From: Squalus acanthias
Lineage: Eukaryota
NCBI GenBank assembly: GCA_030390025.1
Contig: CM059432.1
Coordinates: forward strand, 67,458,001 to 67,522,000
DNA: 64,000 nt
Reading direction: 5' to 3'
The notes beneath the pieces were generated by a model, which was not told the origin of the DNA, did no database searches, and saw nothing but the letters and a program-made list of their open reading frames with translations. Shown here one piece after another: positions 62,314 to 64,000 of the stretch; within the stretch, counting starts at the first letter, position 1; each line of letters opens with the position of its first letter. Both the position numbers and the translations under genes were made by a program.

Positions 62314-62959
62314 GGGCTGGATTTTCATTGACCCGTGGAGGTGGGTTTGGAGGCGTGTGGGGGGTTAAAATTGCAAAACTGGTGGGCGGGCACAAGCCCG
62401 CCTCCACGCAATTTTCATGAAATCGTGTCTGCTGGTCCCAACTCCGTCCCGCCTCTAAGAGGTGGGATAGGCTGTTAAGGGCCTTAACAAGCACTAAATT
62501 GCCTCTATAATGCTATTTTGAAAGGCCTTTGTGATTTTAACCCTTTTTCTACATGAAGCACGCCTGTTCTGAACGACGAATGTGAAACCTGGCGGGAGCA
62601 CATTTCGATGGCTGGCTGGCTATGGGGATGCATATATGGATGGATGCATATCTGGGAGTGGTGGTGTAAAAATATCTGGGAGCAGACTTAGGGTTGCTGC
62701 TGCTCATTTTGCATCTAGGTCCTCTCACAGCGAAGGCCAGGCAGTCTTTGAAGACCTTCAATGCAGCAGCAATGATGACATCATCAGAGGCGACTTTCAG
62801 ACTGAAAACACTAATTGGTTCATGGGTTACCACATGCTGGAACTCAATTGCCCAATTAGGTGAAAATTGCATCAATCTCCCACATCCAATTGCAGTCGGG
62901 TGGTAACACGAAAAGTGGATGACACGACCCCAACCCGCCCCAGTATCAAAATCCAGCCC
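62314..62959 (+). mobile_element. Harbinger MITE
   Basis: TIR GGGCTGGATTTT / AAAATCCAGCCC and TSD ATT. Confidence 0.9.
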
Positions 62960-64000
62960 ATTGAGTATATTCAAGACTGAGATAGATCGATTTTTGGACT
63001 GTAGGGGAATCAAAGGATATGAGGATTTGGCGGGAAAGTGGAGTTGAGGTCGAAGATCAGCCCTGATCTTATTGAACGGCAGAGCAGGCTCAAATGGCAT
63101 ATGGCCTACTCCTGCTCTTAATTCTTATGTTCTTATGGTCTTATACACACCACGCCCGATTTTCCTTTCCATTGACTTCTGTTGTCAATCCTCAACTGGC
63201 AGTTTTCTGACCACGCTCAAACTCTAATTTGCGCCCTCTTACTTGGTGTTCATAAATTCCTTCGATTGAATTGCTTACTCCCTAAATTCCTGGTCAACCA
63301 AAACCTCCCAACACCAGCTCCAGCCTGAGCACCACCCCACAGCACAGCTTCAGCCCAGGCTCCAGTCTAGCTTTAGCACTGAAGTATTTGTAGGGGTCTT
63401 ACTGAACTTTTGATGCATCTCTGATTGTAGAGTACACTTCATATCAGCTTAAGGGTTGGTAGACATTATAGAAGCAAAGACATTAGATGTTTTTTTCTTC
63501 ACTAGAAGGATTATCAATAATAATTTTCTTTGGCTCATTCTGTATTTACTTTTTATATAGTAATAGAAACTGACTACAACCTTTCATCAGAAATGTATAT
63601 ATGTGCTCATTTAGAAAGGGAACTCTCAAACTAAAGAATACTGAATCTGGATACACAAAAACATGTGTAGTATGGAGAAGAGTAAGCTTTGTAACATTTT
63701 TAACTTACTTTGTTTTTTATTGTATCTCTTGTCTTGCTAAATTATATACCAATTCTAAATAAGAGTTTAGTAGTGGCTATAGGATTAAATAAAGTTATTG
63801 GGAGTCTTTTTGAGCACTTCTATTTTGAAAACATCATTTGAATTCTGGGATGTTCTGGAAGAACAGCATCCACGAGACTGTTGATGCTTCCCATAAGTCA
63901 AATATGCAGAACAAATGGATTAAAATCTACCAGAATCACCAGGATCACCAACATCCCTGCTCTCTGGACAGGACATTTTTAATGCCTTTTACATTTTTAT

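Larger units (their letters stand above)
56066..63140 (+). mobile_element. CR1 LINE (56066-56343, 61320-61680, 61800-62313, 62963-63140) hosting a Harbinger, a PLE fragment and a MITE
   Basis: The RT reading resumes across each insertion once TSDs are removed. Tail ttcttatgttcttatgg at ~63125. Confidence 0.9.

Noticed and set aside
1..64000. CRISPR arrays, operons or prokaryotic defence systems
   Set aside because: The sequence is vertebrate-type with spliceosomal introns and LINE/SINE content. No regularly spaced repeats were seen.

Overview
Eukaryotic, repeat-saturated vertebrate DNA with no convincing host gene exon. The repeat complement (CR1 LINEs with (TTCTTATG)n tails, SacSINE1-type DeuSINEs, Penelope-like elements) points to a cartilaginous fish, which is an inference. 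The window is a stack of nested insertions. (1) About ten CR1 copies and one L2 fragment. (2) At least six PIF/Harbinger elements or derivatives carrying a three-exon Myb/SANT gene, with or without a convergent DDE transposase, plus several Harbinger MITEs. (3) Three solo LTRs with 4-bp TSDs, and an internally deleted ERV-like element with LTR, tRNA-Leu PBS, protease and integrase C-terminus. (4) Penelope-like fragments with minimal hammerhead ribozyme motifs. The most unusual item is at 23937-26919: an apparently full-length ~3 kb LINE that begins with a tRNA-derived Pol III head (A/B boxes), has no ORF1, and starts its APE-RT ORF at an ATG inside the 'SINE body'. Two short SINE-like copies elsewhere (11288-11778, 29893-30256) look like internal-deletion derivatives of this LINE with different breakpoints. 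A second notable item is a TIR/TSD-complete Harbinger carrying only a nearly intact Myb gene and no transposase (56344-61316). All coordinates were read by eye; family names are from recognition, not database searches.
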